NCBI GenBank assembly: GCA_021604505.1
Contig: BQJC01000004.1
Location: forward strand, 88,117-152,116
DNA from: Nitrospinaceae bacterium
GTDB taxonomy: Bacteria; Nitrospinota; Nitrospinia; Nitrospinales; VA-1
Direction of reading: 5' to 3'
DNA: 64,000 nucleotides
Part shown: positions 37,339 through 46,582 of the stretch, in pieces
Layout of the letters: the number at the start of each line of letters is the position of its first letter
Numbering within the stretch: the stretch's first letter is position 1
Translations under genes and position numbers: made by a program
Notes under the pieces: generated by a model
What the model was told of the DNA's origin: nothing
What the model saw: the letters and a program-made list of their open reading frames with translations, nothing else
Database searches by the model: none

Positions 37339-40300
37339 TCAACAAGGGTTGGGAACGTATTCCATATGCAGAAGAGGCGCGGCGCTGGGAACCCCGTTGA
37401 AAGATTCAGCGGCTCGTTCTCCGGTTCCACTGATAATGACCGCCAGCGAATTGCCGCTCACCCATCCCGGCAGGTTAATGATTTCCTGAATGACGGAAGC
37501 GATATCCGGAGTTCGCTGATCCAACCCGGCTTCTCCCACCGAAGTCCACGAAGGAACCCCAGGCCAGCCCACCGAGGCTCCCGTCAGCGGCCGGTCGGTG
37601 ATGTTGTTGCTTGCACTGGTAAACGTCGCGGCGTTGGCCGCAGCCTGCCCGCGCACCGTGAGCGACGTGGTCCCGGAATGGCTTTCATCCGCCTGAAACT
37701 GAACATAGGCATTGGTGATCGTCGAACAACCGGGGACACTCACCCCGTTAAAGCGCAGGCCAATGGTCTGGTTGTCTCCGGCATCAAAGGTCATTTCGAG
37801 ATCGGAGCTGGTCAGCGACATACTTCCCGAGGCCCGTTCTTCCGCATCGTCCGTACTCGATGAAACACGGATGTCGAGAATCGTAGAAGCTGAAGGTGGA
37901 CCCGTGGAGACAACGATTTTGACACTGCTGCCTGCCGCAGCACTGGCTCCGCCTATCGGATTCTGGCTGATCACATCTCCCGCAGAAACCGTAGCGCTGC
38001 TCTGCGTTGAAACCGTTCCAACATCCAGTCCCGCACCGACAATCGCCGCTTCCGCAGCAGCTTGCGTCAGACCCACAACGTCAGGGACCGACACCAATAC
38101 CGGTGGCGTGCTTGAAAATTCCACATACAATAAAGGTGCGGCGCCGGGAACCCCGTTGAAGGATTCAGCAACCCGCTCTCCGGTCCCGCTGATAATGACC
38201 GCCAGCGAATTGCCACTCACCCATCCCGGCAGGTTGATGATTTCCTGAATGACCGATGCTATATCCGGTGTCCGCTGATTTGGCCCGGCTTCTCCCACCG
38301 AATTCCATGCAGGAACAGAAGGCCAGGCCACCGACGCTCCCGTTAACGACCGGTCGGTGATGTTGTTGGTTTCACTGGTAAACGTCGCGGCGTTGGCCGC
38401 CGCCTGCCCGCGAACCGTGAGCGACGTGGACCCGGAATGGCTTTCATCCGCCTGAAACTGAACATAGGCTTTGGTGATCGTTGCACCTGCGGGAATATTC
38501 ACCCCGTTAAAGCGCATACCGATGGTCTGGTCGCCTCCGGCATCAAAGGTCAGCTCGAGATCGGAGCTGGTCAGCGACATATCCCCAGAGGCCCGTTCTT
38601 CCGCATCGTCCGAACCCGATGCAACCCGAATATCGAGAACCGTTGTCCCCGAACTCTCGGTCACAGTGATGCTCAACTCGTCGAAGACAGTGAACTCGCC
38701 GTCAAAGGCAGTCAGGCGCAAAACGTAGGTCCCCGGCAAATTGAAACTGACGGTCGTGTCTTCCGCATTGGCGTTGGCAAAGGTCGCCGTTCCGCCCGCA
38801 GGCCCGCTTTCCTGATTCCAGGTAATCGTCGGAGTCGCCTGCACCAGGCCGTCGTCGGTGACCGTTCCATTCAGTGTCGCACTTGCCGGAAGAACAATCG
38901 ACTGGTCCGGACCGGCGTTGACCGTGGGGGGAGTGTTGGACGGCGGGGTGACAACCTCCACGGTGATCGTGTCCTGTCCCGGCAGGCCGCCGCTGTCCGT
39001 CACTGAAGCGGTGATGGTGTGTATTCCTGTCGATAACCCAGCCGTTGCAAAGGAAACCGCCTGCACTCCACCGTTGAGAACCCCATCCAGGTTGGAAGTC
39101 CACGTGAGATTCGACGACAGGTTACCGTCCTCAAAATCATTGGCCGTGCCGCTGAAAGTGATGCTGGCCCCCGCGTTGAAAGTCAAACCGTCCGCTGGTG
39201 CGTTGATCCCCACCGTGGGGGGCTGGTTGCCCTGACTGGAACCGTATTCCACATGCAGAAGAGGCGCGGCGCTCGGAACCCCGTTGAAAGATTCAGCGGC
39301 TCGCTCTCCGGCCCCGCTGATAATGACCGCCAACGAATTGCCACTCGCCCATCCCGGCAGGTTGATGATTTCCTGAATGACCGATGCTATATCCGGAGTC
39401 CGCTGATCGACACCTGCTTCTCCCACCGAATTCCATGCAGGAACCCCAGGCCAGGCCACCGACGCTCCTGTCAGGGGCCGGTCGGTGATGTTGTTGGTTT
39501 CACTGGTAAACGTCGCGGCGTTCGCCGCAGCCTGCCCGCGCACCGTCAGCGACGTGGACCCGGAATGGCTTTCATCCGCCTGGAACTGAACATAGGCTTT
39601 GGTGATCGTTGCGCCTGCGGGAATATTCACCCCGTTAAAGCGCATGCCGATGGTCTGATCGCCTCCGGCATCAAAGGTCAGCTCGAGATCGGAGCTGGTC
39701 AAAGACAGATCCCCTGAGGACCGTTCTTCCGCATCGTCCGAACCCGATGCAACCCGAATATCGAGCACATCCTGGCTGGGACTTTCAGTTGCCGTGATGC
39801 TCAACTCGTCAAAGATAGTGAACTCGCCGTCGAAGGCAGTCAGGCGTAAAACGTAGGTCCCCGGCAAATTGAAACTGACGGTCGTGTCTTCCGCATTGGC
39901 GTTGGCAAAGCTCGCCGTTCCACCTGCAGGACCGCTTTCCTGATTCCAGGTAATCGCCGGAGTCGCCTGCACCAGGCCGTCGTCGGTGACCGTTCCATTC
40001 AGCGTCGCACCCGCCGGAAGAACAATCGACTGGTCCGGACCGGCGTTGACCGTTGGCGGAGCATTGACCGCGACGGCGGGGTTGACGGTGACGGTCAACT
40101 CATCGAAAGCCGTCAACTCGCCATCAAACGCGGTCAATCGGAGGACATACGTACCAGCTTCGGAGAAACTGACGGTCGTGTCCTCAGCATTGAAATTGGC
40201 AAAGGTAGCCGTTCCACCCGCAGGCCCGCTCTGCTGGCTCCAGGTAATCGTCGGAGTTGTCTGTATCTGGCCGTCGTCGGTAACGGTTCCATCTAAAATT

Positions 40301-43300
40301 GCGTTAGCCGGAAGGGTGATCGTCTGGTCAGGCCCTGCGTCTGGCACCGGAGCACTATTGGCATTGCCACCAATATTACACGTGTCTGAACCTGTATCCG
40401 TAAATTCAAACCCCGCCTCAGGAAGGAATTCCCAATCATAGCCATTGTCTCTTAATGTTAATTTGATAATACCCAGTGAGGAATTGTATTTAACCTCGCT
40501 ATTGGGGATTGGATTGTCAAAATTGTAAAGGGATCTCCCGCCGGTACCGACGACAAAGGCCCGGATGCCGTTCGGGTCAAGATTGCTGTTTGAATCCTGT
40601 TTCGCAAACCGCTCGTAAGTATGATCGTGACCTGCAATAACAATATCCGCCCCGGCGATGTATAGTTCTTGCCAAAATTCAATCGTTCGCGTTGAACTTC
40701 CATGACGTCCTGAGCTGTAGTACGGACGGTGCCAATAAGCAAGAATGCAGGATCCGGAATGCGCCGCTAGATCTTGTTTCAACCACTCCACTTGTGCGGA
40801 ACCCGCCTCAAAATCAACTTCCGAATCGAGTGAAATGATGTGCCAGTTTCCGAGGTCGTAGCTGTAAAAAAGTTGTTGTGTATTTCCAGGAAAGACGCAA
40901 TCATTGGCTGTAGGACAGAAATAATCCAGATAATCCGCCGCACCTGCAACCCCGTAGTCATGGTTGCCGGGCGAGGGAAAGGTTCGCGAACGGTGTCTGC
41001 CCCACGTCGGGTCGTATTTCTGCAGAAAATCAGCTGCTGTGCCGTTGTCATAGGCATTGTCCCCTGCAGTGAATACAATGGCGCCAGGATCATTGGCAAC
41101 CACGTTATCGATGATTTGTGCGGTTGCCTCGGGCCCCCCTGTTATGGAACCATCATCGGCAATATCCCCCGCGCCGACCAGCGTATAAGAAGTAATTTGA
41201 CCGGGATCAAGCGTTGTCGCGCTTGCGGGAAGACTTGCTTCTGAAAGATTATTCGAACTATCCCGTGCAACAACTTCATACGTATAACTCGTAATCGTCG
41301 AAAGGTCCGTATCAAGAAACGAAGTTGCCGATGTTGAACCTATAAATGCGCTGGGCGTGCAACCGAAACCTTGACAGCGAAACACATCGTATCCAGCAAC
41401 CGCAATGTTGTCCGTTGAAGCACTCCATGTAAGGTTGATGCGGGAGGATAAAACACCCGTTCCCGTTAACCCCGTGGGAACGGAGGGGGGTTCTGAATCA
41501 GTCACTGCTAAAAATTCCACATGCAATAAAGGTGCGGCGCCGGGAACCCCGTTGAAGGATTCAGCCGCTCGCTCCCCGGTCCCGCTGATAATGACCGCCA
41601 GAGAATTGCCACTCGCCCATCCCGGCAGGTTGATGATTTCCTGAATGACCGATGCTATATCCGGAGTCCGCTGATTTGGCCCGGCTTCTCCCACCGAATT
41701 CCATGCAGGAACCCCAGGCCAGGCCACCGACGCTCCCGTTAACGACCGGTCGGTGATGTTGTTGGTTTGACTGGTAAACGTCGCGGCGTTGGTCGCAGCC
41801 TGCCCGCGAACCGTGAGCGACGTGGACCCGGAATGGCTTTCATCCGCCTGAAACTGAACATAGGCTTTGGTGATCGTTGCGCCTGCGGGAATATTCACCC
41901 CGTTAAAGCGCATGCCGATGGTCTGGTCACCTCCGGCATCAAAGGTCAGCTCGAGATCGGAGCTGGTCAGTGACATATCCCCTGAGGCCCGTTCTTCCGC
42001 ATCGTCCGAACCCGATGCAACCCGAATATCGAGCACATCCTGGCTGGGACTTTCAGTTAAAGTGATGCTCAAATCGTCGAAGACAGAGAACTCGCCATCG
42101 AAGGCAGTCAGGCGCAAAACGTAGGTCCCCGGCAAATTGAAACTGACGGTCGTGTCTTCCGCATTGGCGTTGGCAAAGGTCGCCGTTCCACCCGCAGGCC
42201 CGCTTTCCAAATTCCAGGTAATCGTCGGAGTCGCCTGCACCAGACCGTCGTCGGTGACCGTTCCATTCAGCGTCGCACCCGCCGGAAGAACAATCGACTG
42301 GTCCGGACCGGCGTTGACCGTGGGGGGAGTGTTGACTGGCGGCGGACCAGAACTTTGGCTAAAAAAGATGAAGGCCGAGCCGGAATCGTTTTCGCCGTTG
42401 TTATCGTCTTGATAAGCTCCCACGATGACATCGTCGATGCCGTCGCCATTGTAATCGCCTGCTGACGATATAGAAAAACCAAACGAATCATTTTCGTTCT
42501 GACCATTCAAAATCACGTCCGAATCTGCGTCGGCCCTTAATGTCAACTGAGCTCCAGCGGGGTTGCGGCCGAAAAAGATGAAAGCGCTGCCAGAGTTACA
42601 AAGTTCGCTTAGGCAATCCGGGTTGTTATCATCGGAAGGTACTCCGACGATAACGTCGCCTAATCCGTCGCCGTTGAAGTCACCCGCCAATGACACCCTA
42701 GAACCAAAGTTGTTCTGTGCGTTCTGTCCATTGAGGATCACATCCGCGTCAGCATCCGCTCGTAAAAACAACTGAACACCTTCCGGATCACGGCCGAAAA
42801 AAATAAAGGCACTACCGGAATTGATTTTACCGTTATTATCGTCATTATGAGCGCCAACGATAATATCATCTACACCGTCGCCGTTGAAGTCGCCCGCTGA
42901 GGACACTGAAGACCCGAAAAAGTCATCTGTACTCTGGCCCCACAAGATCATGTTCGCGTGGCTATTCGCCCCTAGGGTCAATTGTCCAACCGGTTGGCGG
43001 CCGAAAAAGATAAAGGCGCTGCCAGATTGAGTTTGGCCGTTATTACTGGCAAAAGCGGCTCCGACGATGACGTCGTCCTTTCCATCGCCATTGAAATCAC
43101 CCGCCGGGGATACAGATCCGCCAAACCTACCTAATAGATTTTGACCATTGATGATCACATCGACATCGGCATCCGCACTTAAAGTCAACTGAACACCCGC
43201 ACCCGGATCACGGCCCAAAAATATGGAGGCACTCCCGTTATTAGCTAACCCGATACTATCGTCCAATGGAACTCCGACGATGACATCACTCTTGCCGTCA

Positions 43301-46170
43301 CCATTGAAGTCCCCAGTTGAGGAGAACACACCACCAAATCGACCACCTGCAGTTTGGCCATTCAAGATCACGTCCGCATCCGCATCGGCCACTAATGTCA
43401 ACTGAACGCCCCCTGTGCTACGGCCGAAAAAGATGAACGCACTGCCAGAGTCACAAAATTCGTTTGTACAATCCGGGCTGTTATCATCATTTGATGCCCC
43501 TACCATGACGTCGTCTTTGCCGTCACCATTGAAGTCCCCCACAAACGAAACTGTTAGACCAAACAAATCATTTGCACTCTGGCCACTTAGGATCACATCG
43601 GCATCGGCCTCTGATCTTAGCCCAAGCTGAACGCCAACGAGGTTGCGGCCAAAAAATATGAAGGCGCTATTCGATAAATTGGAACCGACGATTATATCGT
43701 CAATGCCATCGCCATTAAAATCCCCGGCCGATGACACGGAATTACCAAATCGATCCCCTGCGTTTTGACCATCGAGGATGACATTGGCGTCACTATCCAC
43801 CGTTAGAATGGGCGATGTCTTAACCGTAACTGTTTGGGTTGCCGTTCCGGTATTGCCCGAAGAGTCCGTTGCCGAATACGTCACTATGGTAACGCCAGCT
43901 GGGAAACCACCTGCAGGGGCATCGTTGATTGGTATGATCGTTCCATCCACCCCGTCAATGGCGGTGACTGTGCCCAAGGCAACTGGTGTCAATGTCCCCG
44001 TCGCAGCCACCACTAAATCTGGAAGATAGACAGTAACCTCTGGCAGGGTGGTATCGACAATCGTAATGGTTTGCGTGGCTGTTGAGGAATTACCCCTCTC
44101 ATCGGTGGCGGTCCAGATAACCGGGGTAACACCCACCGGGAACTGGATATAGCCTATCCGGTGGGGGGGTGGCGCATTGTTGGTGATAGTAATATCAGCC
44201 GGTGCACTCACATTATCAGTTGCCGTTGCTTGACCAATAAACACACCCGTCTGTATACCGGTTGCCTCAACCGTTAAATCCGCAGGAACCGTTATTACAG
44301 GAGGTATAGAATCAATTTCAAGACCATCAATAACTGTAATGGCCGGAACGGCCTGCACCAATCCATAACCCGTGGCAAAATCGACACCGGTGTCAAACCC
44401 TGCAGTTCCAGGATCATCCATATCGATGGCAGTCGATTCCAGAGCCAAATAAATTTCTGCTGGAAATAATCCAGGTTTATTTTGAAACAACAAAGCGGCA
44501 AGCCCCGCGACGTGAGGAGCGGCGGCGGAGGTCCCGAAAAAATCCGGGAACCCGTCTCCATTACTGTCGGGACTGCCAAAAAAAGTGGTGCTGCCACCAT
44601 CCGGGCCGACAATATTCGGTTTGAATCGAATTTCAGGCGAAGCCAATGGGTTCCCTGCGAGGTCGAACAGAATAGGGACGCCGCCGATAGAGGAAAACGC
44701 TTCCAATTGCGGCGGGTTGACTCCAAACTCCGGGGTATTGATAAAATTTGCCGCTCCTACCGCTTCCGCTCCCAAGGCGTTGGCGTGCCCGTAGGAAGTG
44801 GGGCTCGCTGTATTAAACTGATTGACCGTTGAGTTGCCGAACTGGACATATTTGATTTTACCGGGATTCGCTCCCCCACCATTGGTGATGACAATATTGA
44901 AAGTCTGCGTGGCTCCCGTGTTTTGAAAAAACAGGACTTCTACCGGGTCCAGACCAATATTAGCTTCCGCACTGGCCGCAACCACCGTAGTGGCAGCGGC
45001 ATTGGCCAGGTAGATATCCACATCGTTGGGAGAACCGGCCCCACCCGCCGAGGCCGCCGGAGAGTCCCATTGCAGGGCAATCAAAAGGGTTCCCCCGCCC
45101 GGAATCGTCACCTGCTGAAATATATCCACCCCGCCGCCCGGATCAAAATCGTGGACCTCAAAAACTTCCGGGCCGATGGTGATCGTCTGCCCTCCCCGGA
45201 ACACATCCTCATAGCTGTTCCGGGATTGGTTCCCCGCCGCTGAAAAATACGCAACTCCCGTTCCATTCACCTGATCGACGGCCTGGGCGATGATTCCGTC
45301 TTGAAACATCGGTTCGGCAAAATAAATGATGTCATCGACAATAACTTGCGCACCGGCATTGGCGAGGTCAATAATGCCTTGCGCAAAGTTGGCCTGACCA
45401 TTGAAGGCTGTGTGAAAAGCCAGCGAAGCGCCCGGCGCTACGTCATGCACGATCTGCAGCATGCCCCGGCCTTCGTCGATACTGCTAGCACATGAGGCGG
45501 TGTCATCCAGAACGGTCACACCTCCCGCAGGAAGGTCCCCGGATGAAATGTCCCCCGCCGCCCCGCCGAGGCAATCGTAACTATCCGAAAGAACCCCGAC
45601 CGTCACGCCCGACCCATCCACGCCGAAAGTCGTGCGCGCAATATCTGCCCGCATGGAAAGGTCCCCCTGACTGGTCACCGACCCTGCGTTGGTGGCCGCC
45701 ATGGACGGACGCGCAAAAGTCAGATAATGGCATTGCGGTAGTTGATCGACTGCCGAAATGGGTAAGAGGCCTGAGACCATCTTTCCAAAAATTCCGGCAT
45801 TTTTAAGGCCGATTCCTTCCAACTCCTCTTTCAAGTCGTTTGGATCCGAAACGGCGATGGCATCGATCACCACATAGCTATCAGACACCTTGACCATGGA
45901 GTTTTGCGGCCTGAATTTCCCTTTGAAGCTGAAGGACTTGTTCTTTCTAAAGGACTGGAAGTCTTCGTAAACCTCTCGCAAATGTTTTCCGACCTTGGGT
46001 CTTATCGATGGTCTTGACTTTATATCTTTTTGAGAGATTTCGAGGCGGGTTTGCGGGTCGTTTTCCCTTTTACTGTTATCGGCATGAACGGACAGGGAGG
46101 GCAGAATCGTTAAAAATAAAGCCAGTATTAAAACAGTCAGCCCGGTTTTTGAATTTCTGCCGATTCTCAC
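37339..46170 (-). CDS. Giant secreted multidomain protein (2,943 aa). Order: signal, prodomain, S8 subtilase, 2x HYR, 7x FG-GAP, PKD+X, FN3, metallophosphoesterase, PKD', PKD+X, Ig-like, PKD+X, PASTA, X
   Basis: One uninterrupted 8.8-kb ORF. The motifs are listed in the domain features below. All plus-strand ORFs inside it are antisense shadows. Confidence 0.85.
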   Translation of the reverse strand: MRIGRNSKTGLTVLILALFLTILPSLSVHADNSKRENDPQTRLEISQKDIKSRPSIRPKVGKHLREVYEDFQSFRKNKSFSFKGKFRPQNSMVKVSDSYVVIDAIAVSDPNDLKEELEGIGLKNAGIFGKMVSGLLPISAVDQLPQCHYLTFARPSMAATNAGSVTSQGDLSMRADIARTTFGVDGSGVTVGVLSDSYDCLGGAAGDISSGDLPAGGVTVLDDTASCASSIDEGRGMLQIVHDVAPGASLAFHTAFNGQANFAQGIIDLANAGAQVIVDDIIYFAEPMFQDGIIAQAVDQVNGTGVAYFSAAGNQSRNSYEDVFRGGQTITIGPEVFEVHDFDPGGGVDIFQQVTIPGGGTLLIALQWDSPAASAGGAGSPNDVDIYLANAAATTVVAASAEANIGLDPVEVLFFQNTGATQTFNIVITNGGGANPGKIKYVQFGNSTVNQFNTASPTSYGHANALGAEAVGAANFINTPEFGVNPPQLEAFSSIGGVPILFDLAGNPLASPEIRFKPNIVGPDGGSTTFFGSPDSNGDGFPDFFGTSAAAPHVAGLAALLFQNKPGLFPAEIYLALESTAIDMDDPGTAGFDTGVDFATGYGLVQAVPAITVIDGLEIDSIPPVITVPADLTVEATGIQTGVFIGQATATDNVSAPADITITNNAPPPHRIGYIQFPVGVTPVIWTATDERGNSSTATQTITIVDTTLPEVTVYLPDLVVAATGTLTPVALGTVTAIDGVDGTIIPINDAPAGGFPAGVTIVTYSATDSSGNTGTATQTVTVKTSPILTVDSDANVILDGQNAGDRFGNSVSSAGDFNGDGIDDIIVGSNLSNSAFIFFGRNLVGVQLGLRSEADADVILSGQSANDLFGLTVSFVGDFNGDGKDDVMVGASNDDNSPDCTNEFCDSGSAFIFFGRSTGGVQLTLVADADADVILNGQTAGGRFGGVFSSTGDFNGDGKSDVIVGVPLDDSIGLANNGSASIFLGRDPGAGVQLTLSADADVDVIINGQNLLGRFGGSVSPAGDFNGDGKDDVIVGAAFASNNGQTQSGSAFIFFGRQPVGQLTLGANSHANMILWGQSTDDFFGSSVSSAGDFNGDGVDDIIVGAHNDDNNGKINSGSAFIFFGRDPEGVQLFLRADADADVILNGQNAQNNFGSRVSLAGDFNGDGLGDVIVGVPSDDNNPDCLSELCNSGSAFIFFGRNPAGAQLTLRADADSDVILNGQNENDSFGFSISSAGDYNGDGIDDVIVGAYQDDNNGENDSGSAFIFFSQSSGPPPVNTPPTVNAGPDQSIVLPAGATLNGTVTDDGLVQATPTITWNLESGPAGGTATFANANAEDTTVSFNLPGTYVLRLTAFDGEFSVFDDLSITLTESPSQDVLDIRVASGSDDAEERASGDMSLTSSDLELTFDAGGDQTIGMRFNGVNIPAGATITKAYVQFQADESHSGSTSLTVRGQAATNAATFTSQTNNITDRSLTGASVAWPGVPAWNSVGEAGPNQRTPDIASVIQEIINLPGWASGNSLAVIISGTGERAAESFNGVPGAAPLLHVEFLAVTDSEPPSVPTGLTGTGVLSSRINLTWSASTDNIAVAGYDVFRCQGFGCTPSAFIGSTSATSFLDTDLSTITSYTYEVVARDSSNNLSEASLPASATTLDPGQITSYTLVGAGDIADDGSITGGPEATAQIIDNVVANDPGAIVFTAGDNAYDNGTAADFLQKYDPTWGRHRSRTFPSPGNHDYGVAGAADYLDYFCPTANDCVFPGNTQQLFYSYDLGNWHIISLDSEVDFEAGSAQVEWLKQDLAAHSGSCILAYWHRPYYSSGRHGSSTRTIEFWQELYIAGADIVIAGHDHTYERFAKQDSNSNLDPNGIRAFVVGTGGRSLYNFDNPIPNSEVKYNSSLGIIKLTLRDNGYDWEFLPEAGFEFTDTGSDTCNIGGNANSAPVPDAGPDQTITLPANAILDGTVTDDGQIQTTPTITWSQQSGPAGGTATFANFNAEDTTVSFSEAGTYVLRLTAFDGELTAFDELTVTVNPAVAVNAPPTVNAGPDQSIVLPAGATLNGTVTDDGLVQATPAITWNQESGPAGGTASFANANAEDTTVSFNLPGTYVLRLTAFDGEFTIFDELSITATESPSQDVLDIRVASGSDDAEERSSGDLSLTSSDLELTFDAGGDQTIGMRFNGVNIPAGATITKAYVQFQADESHSGSTSLTVRGQAAANAATFTSETNNITDRPLTGASVAWPGVPAWNSVGEAGVDQRTPDIASVIQEIINLPGWASGNSLAVIISGAGERAAESFNGVPSAAPLLHVEYGSSQGNQPPTVGINAPADGLTFNAGASITFSGTANDFEDGNLSSNLTWTSNLDGVLNGGVQAVSFATAGLSTGIHTITASVTDSGGLPGQDTITVEVVTPPSNTPPTVNAGPDQSIVLPASATLNGTVTDDGLVQATPTITWNQESGPAGGTATFANANAEDTTVSFNLPGTYVLRLTAFDGEFTVFDELSITVTESSGTTVLDIRVASGSDDAEERASGDMSLTSSDLELTFDAGGDQTIGMRFNGVNIPAGATITKAYVQFQADESHSGSTSLTVRGQAAANAATFTSETNNITDRSLTGASVAWPSVPAWNSVGEAGPNQRTPDIASVIQEIINLPGWVSGNSLAVIISGTGERVAESFNGVPGAAPLLYVEFSSTPPVLVSVPDVVGLTQAAAEAAIVGAGLDVGTVSTQSSATVSAGDVISQNPIGGASAAAGSSVKIVVSTGPPSASTILDIRVSSSTDDAEERASGSMSLTSSDLEMTFDAGDNQTIGLRFNGVSVPGCSTITNAYVQFQADESHSGTTSLTVRGQAAANAATFTSASNNITDRPLTGASVGWPGVPSWTSVGEAGLDQRTPDIASVIQEIINLPGWVSGNSLAVIISGTGERAAESFNGVPSAAPLLHMEYVPNPC
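37357..37881 (-). repeat. Fourth, more divergent X-domain copy (D) at the C-terminus, with no PKD partner
   Basis: ILDIRVSSSTDDAEERASGSMSLTSSDLEMTFDAG...LLHMEY. About 87% aa identity to copies A-C by eye. Confidence 0.8.
37900..38091 (-). other. PASTA-like domain of the giant protein
   Basis: VPDVVGLTQAAAEAAIVGAGLDVGTVSTQSSATVSAGDVISQNPIGGASAAAGSSVKIVVSTG matches the PASTA pattern (PDVVG.....A...L...GL......V........G.V..Q.P..G......V.L..S.G). Confidence 0.65.
38116..38934 (-). repeat. Intragenic 819-bp repeat unit C (PKD-like plus X domain)
   Basis: Same length and frame as units A and B. Ends LLYVEF. Confidence 0.85.
39244..40062 (-). repeat. Intragenic 819-bp repeat unit B (PKD-like plus X domain)
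   Basis: Same length and frame as unit A. A diverged extra PKD-like module lies at 40063-40350. Confidence 0.85.
40426..41193 (-). other. Calcineurin-like metallophosphoesterase domain of the giant protein
   Basis: All signature motifs are present: GAGDIAD, AGDNAYDNG, PGNHDY, YWHRP and GHDHTYERF. Confidence 0.8.
41512..42330 (-). repeat. Intragenic 819-bp repeat unit A (PKD-like 98 aa plus X domain 175 aa)
   Basis: Encodes TPPTVNAGPDQSIVLPAGATLNGTVTDDGL... followed by VLDIRVASGSDDAEER...LLHVEF. Roughly 95% DNA identity to units B and C over the stretches I compared by eye. Confidence 0.85.
42355..43803 (-). other. Seven FG-GAP repeats (integrin-alpha-like beta-propeller) in the giant protein
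   Basis: Seven units FG..V...GD(F/Y)NGDG.DD(V/I)(I/M)VG...SGSAFIFFGR. Units 2 and 6 carry an extra Cys pair (NSPDCTNEFC and NNPDCLSELC). Confidence 0.8.
44341..45633 (-). other. Subtilisin-like (S8) peptidase domain of the giant protein
   Basis: Putative triad D196 (GVTVGVLSDS), H242 (EGRGMLQIVHDVAPGA) and S548 (GTSAAAPHVAGLAALL). Oxyanion Asn in SAAGNQ. Confidence 0.8.
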
Positions 46171-46261
46171 TTTTCAAATTTCCAAAGTCTAAATATTTAA
46201 AGGGGTTCGATCATAAGCCGTTCACTCCGAATCAACGAAACGGATACCATATAGGCTGGGG

Positions 46262-46290
46262 ATTATAAATTAAACACACCGTTTATACAA
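46262..46290 (-). promoter_or_regulatory. Weak candidate promoter for the giant gene
   Basis: On the minus strand: TTGTAT (46285-46290), a 17-nt spacer, then TATAAT (46262-46267), about 90 nt upstream of the ATG at 46170. Confidence 0.3.
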
Positions 46291-46582
46291 TCTTCCTGCA
46301 GGGAAACTTGTGACATTTAAAGGGTTTAGATATTGGCATAGGGATATAAGCTCTGAACCGGAAATCCCTTAAGCTTGCGTATTGTTTTGCTTGAAAGATT
46401 CCTTATCTTTTCCCTTTATTTCATACTTTACAGAGAAGGGGTTGCTCACAAAATTTATATTTTCTAAATGATTACAAAGAGTTAAAGGTGAGCCTGTAAC
46501 CCACAGTCAATTTGTGTTAATTTAATAGAATGCAGTTTAGTTTCCCCAACATTCCCATTCTAAAACCAAAATTCGGAATCAA

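Noticed and set aside
38116-42330. Whether the regularly spaced repeats could be a CRISPR array or a diversity-generating retroelement (template/variable repeat) system.
   Set aside because: The repeats are 819 bp long, in frame and coding, so they are not 25-40-bp repeats with spacers. No reverse transcriptase or cas gene is in the window. The differences between copies are scattered substitutions of all types, not adenine-specific changes confined to one copy.
37333-45806. Numerous 60-190-aa plus-strand ORFs inside the giant gene (e.g. 37333-37863, 37712-38248, 38437-39006, 39253-39717, 41767-41973). Several share repeated sequences such as MAFIRLKLNIGFGDR.
   Set aside because: They are antisense shadows of the long minus-strand ORF. 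Their repetition simply mirrors the 819-bp coding repeats, and their composition (R/G/P-rich) is typical of non-coding reverse frames.
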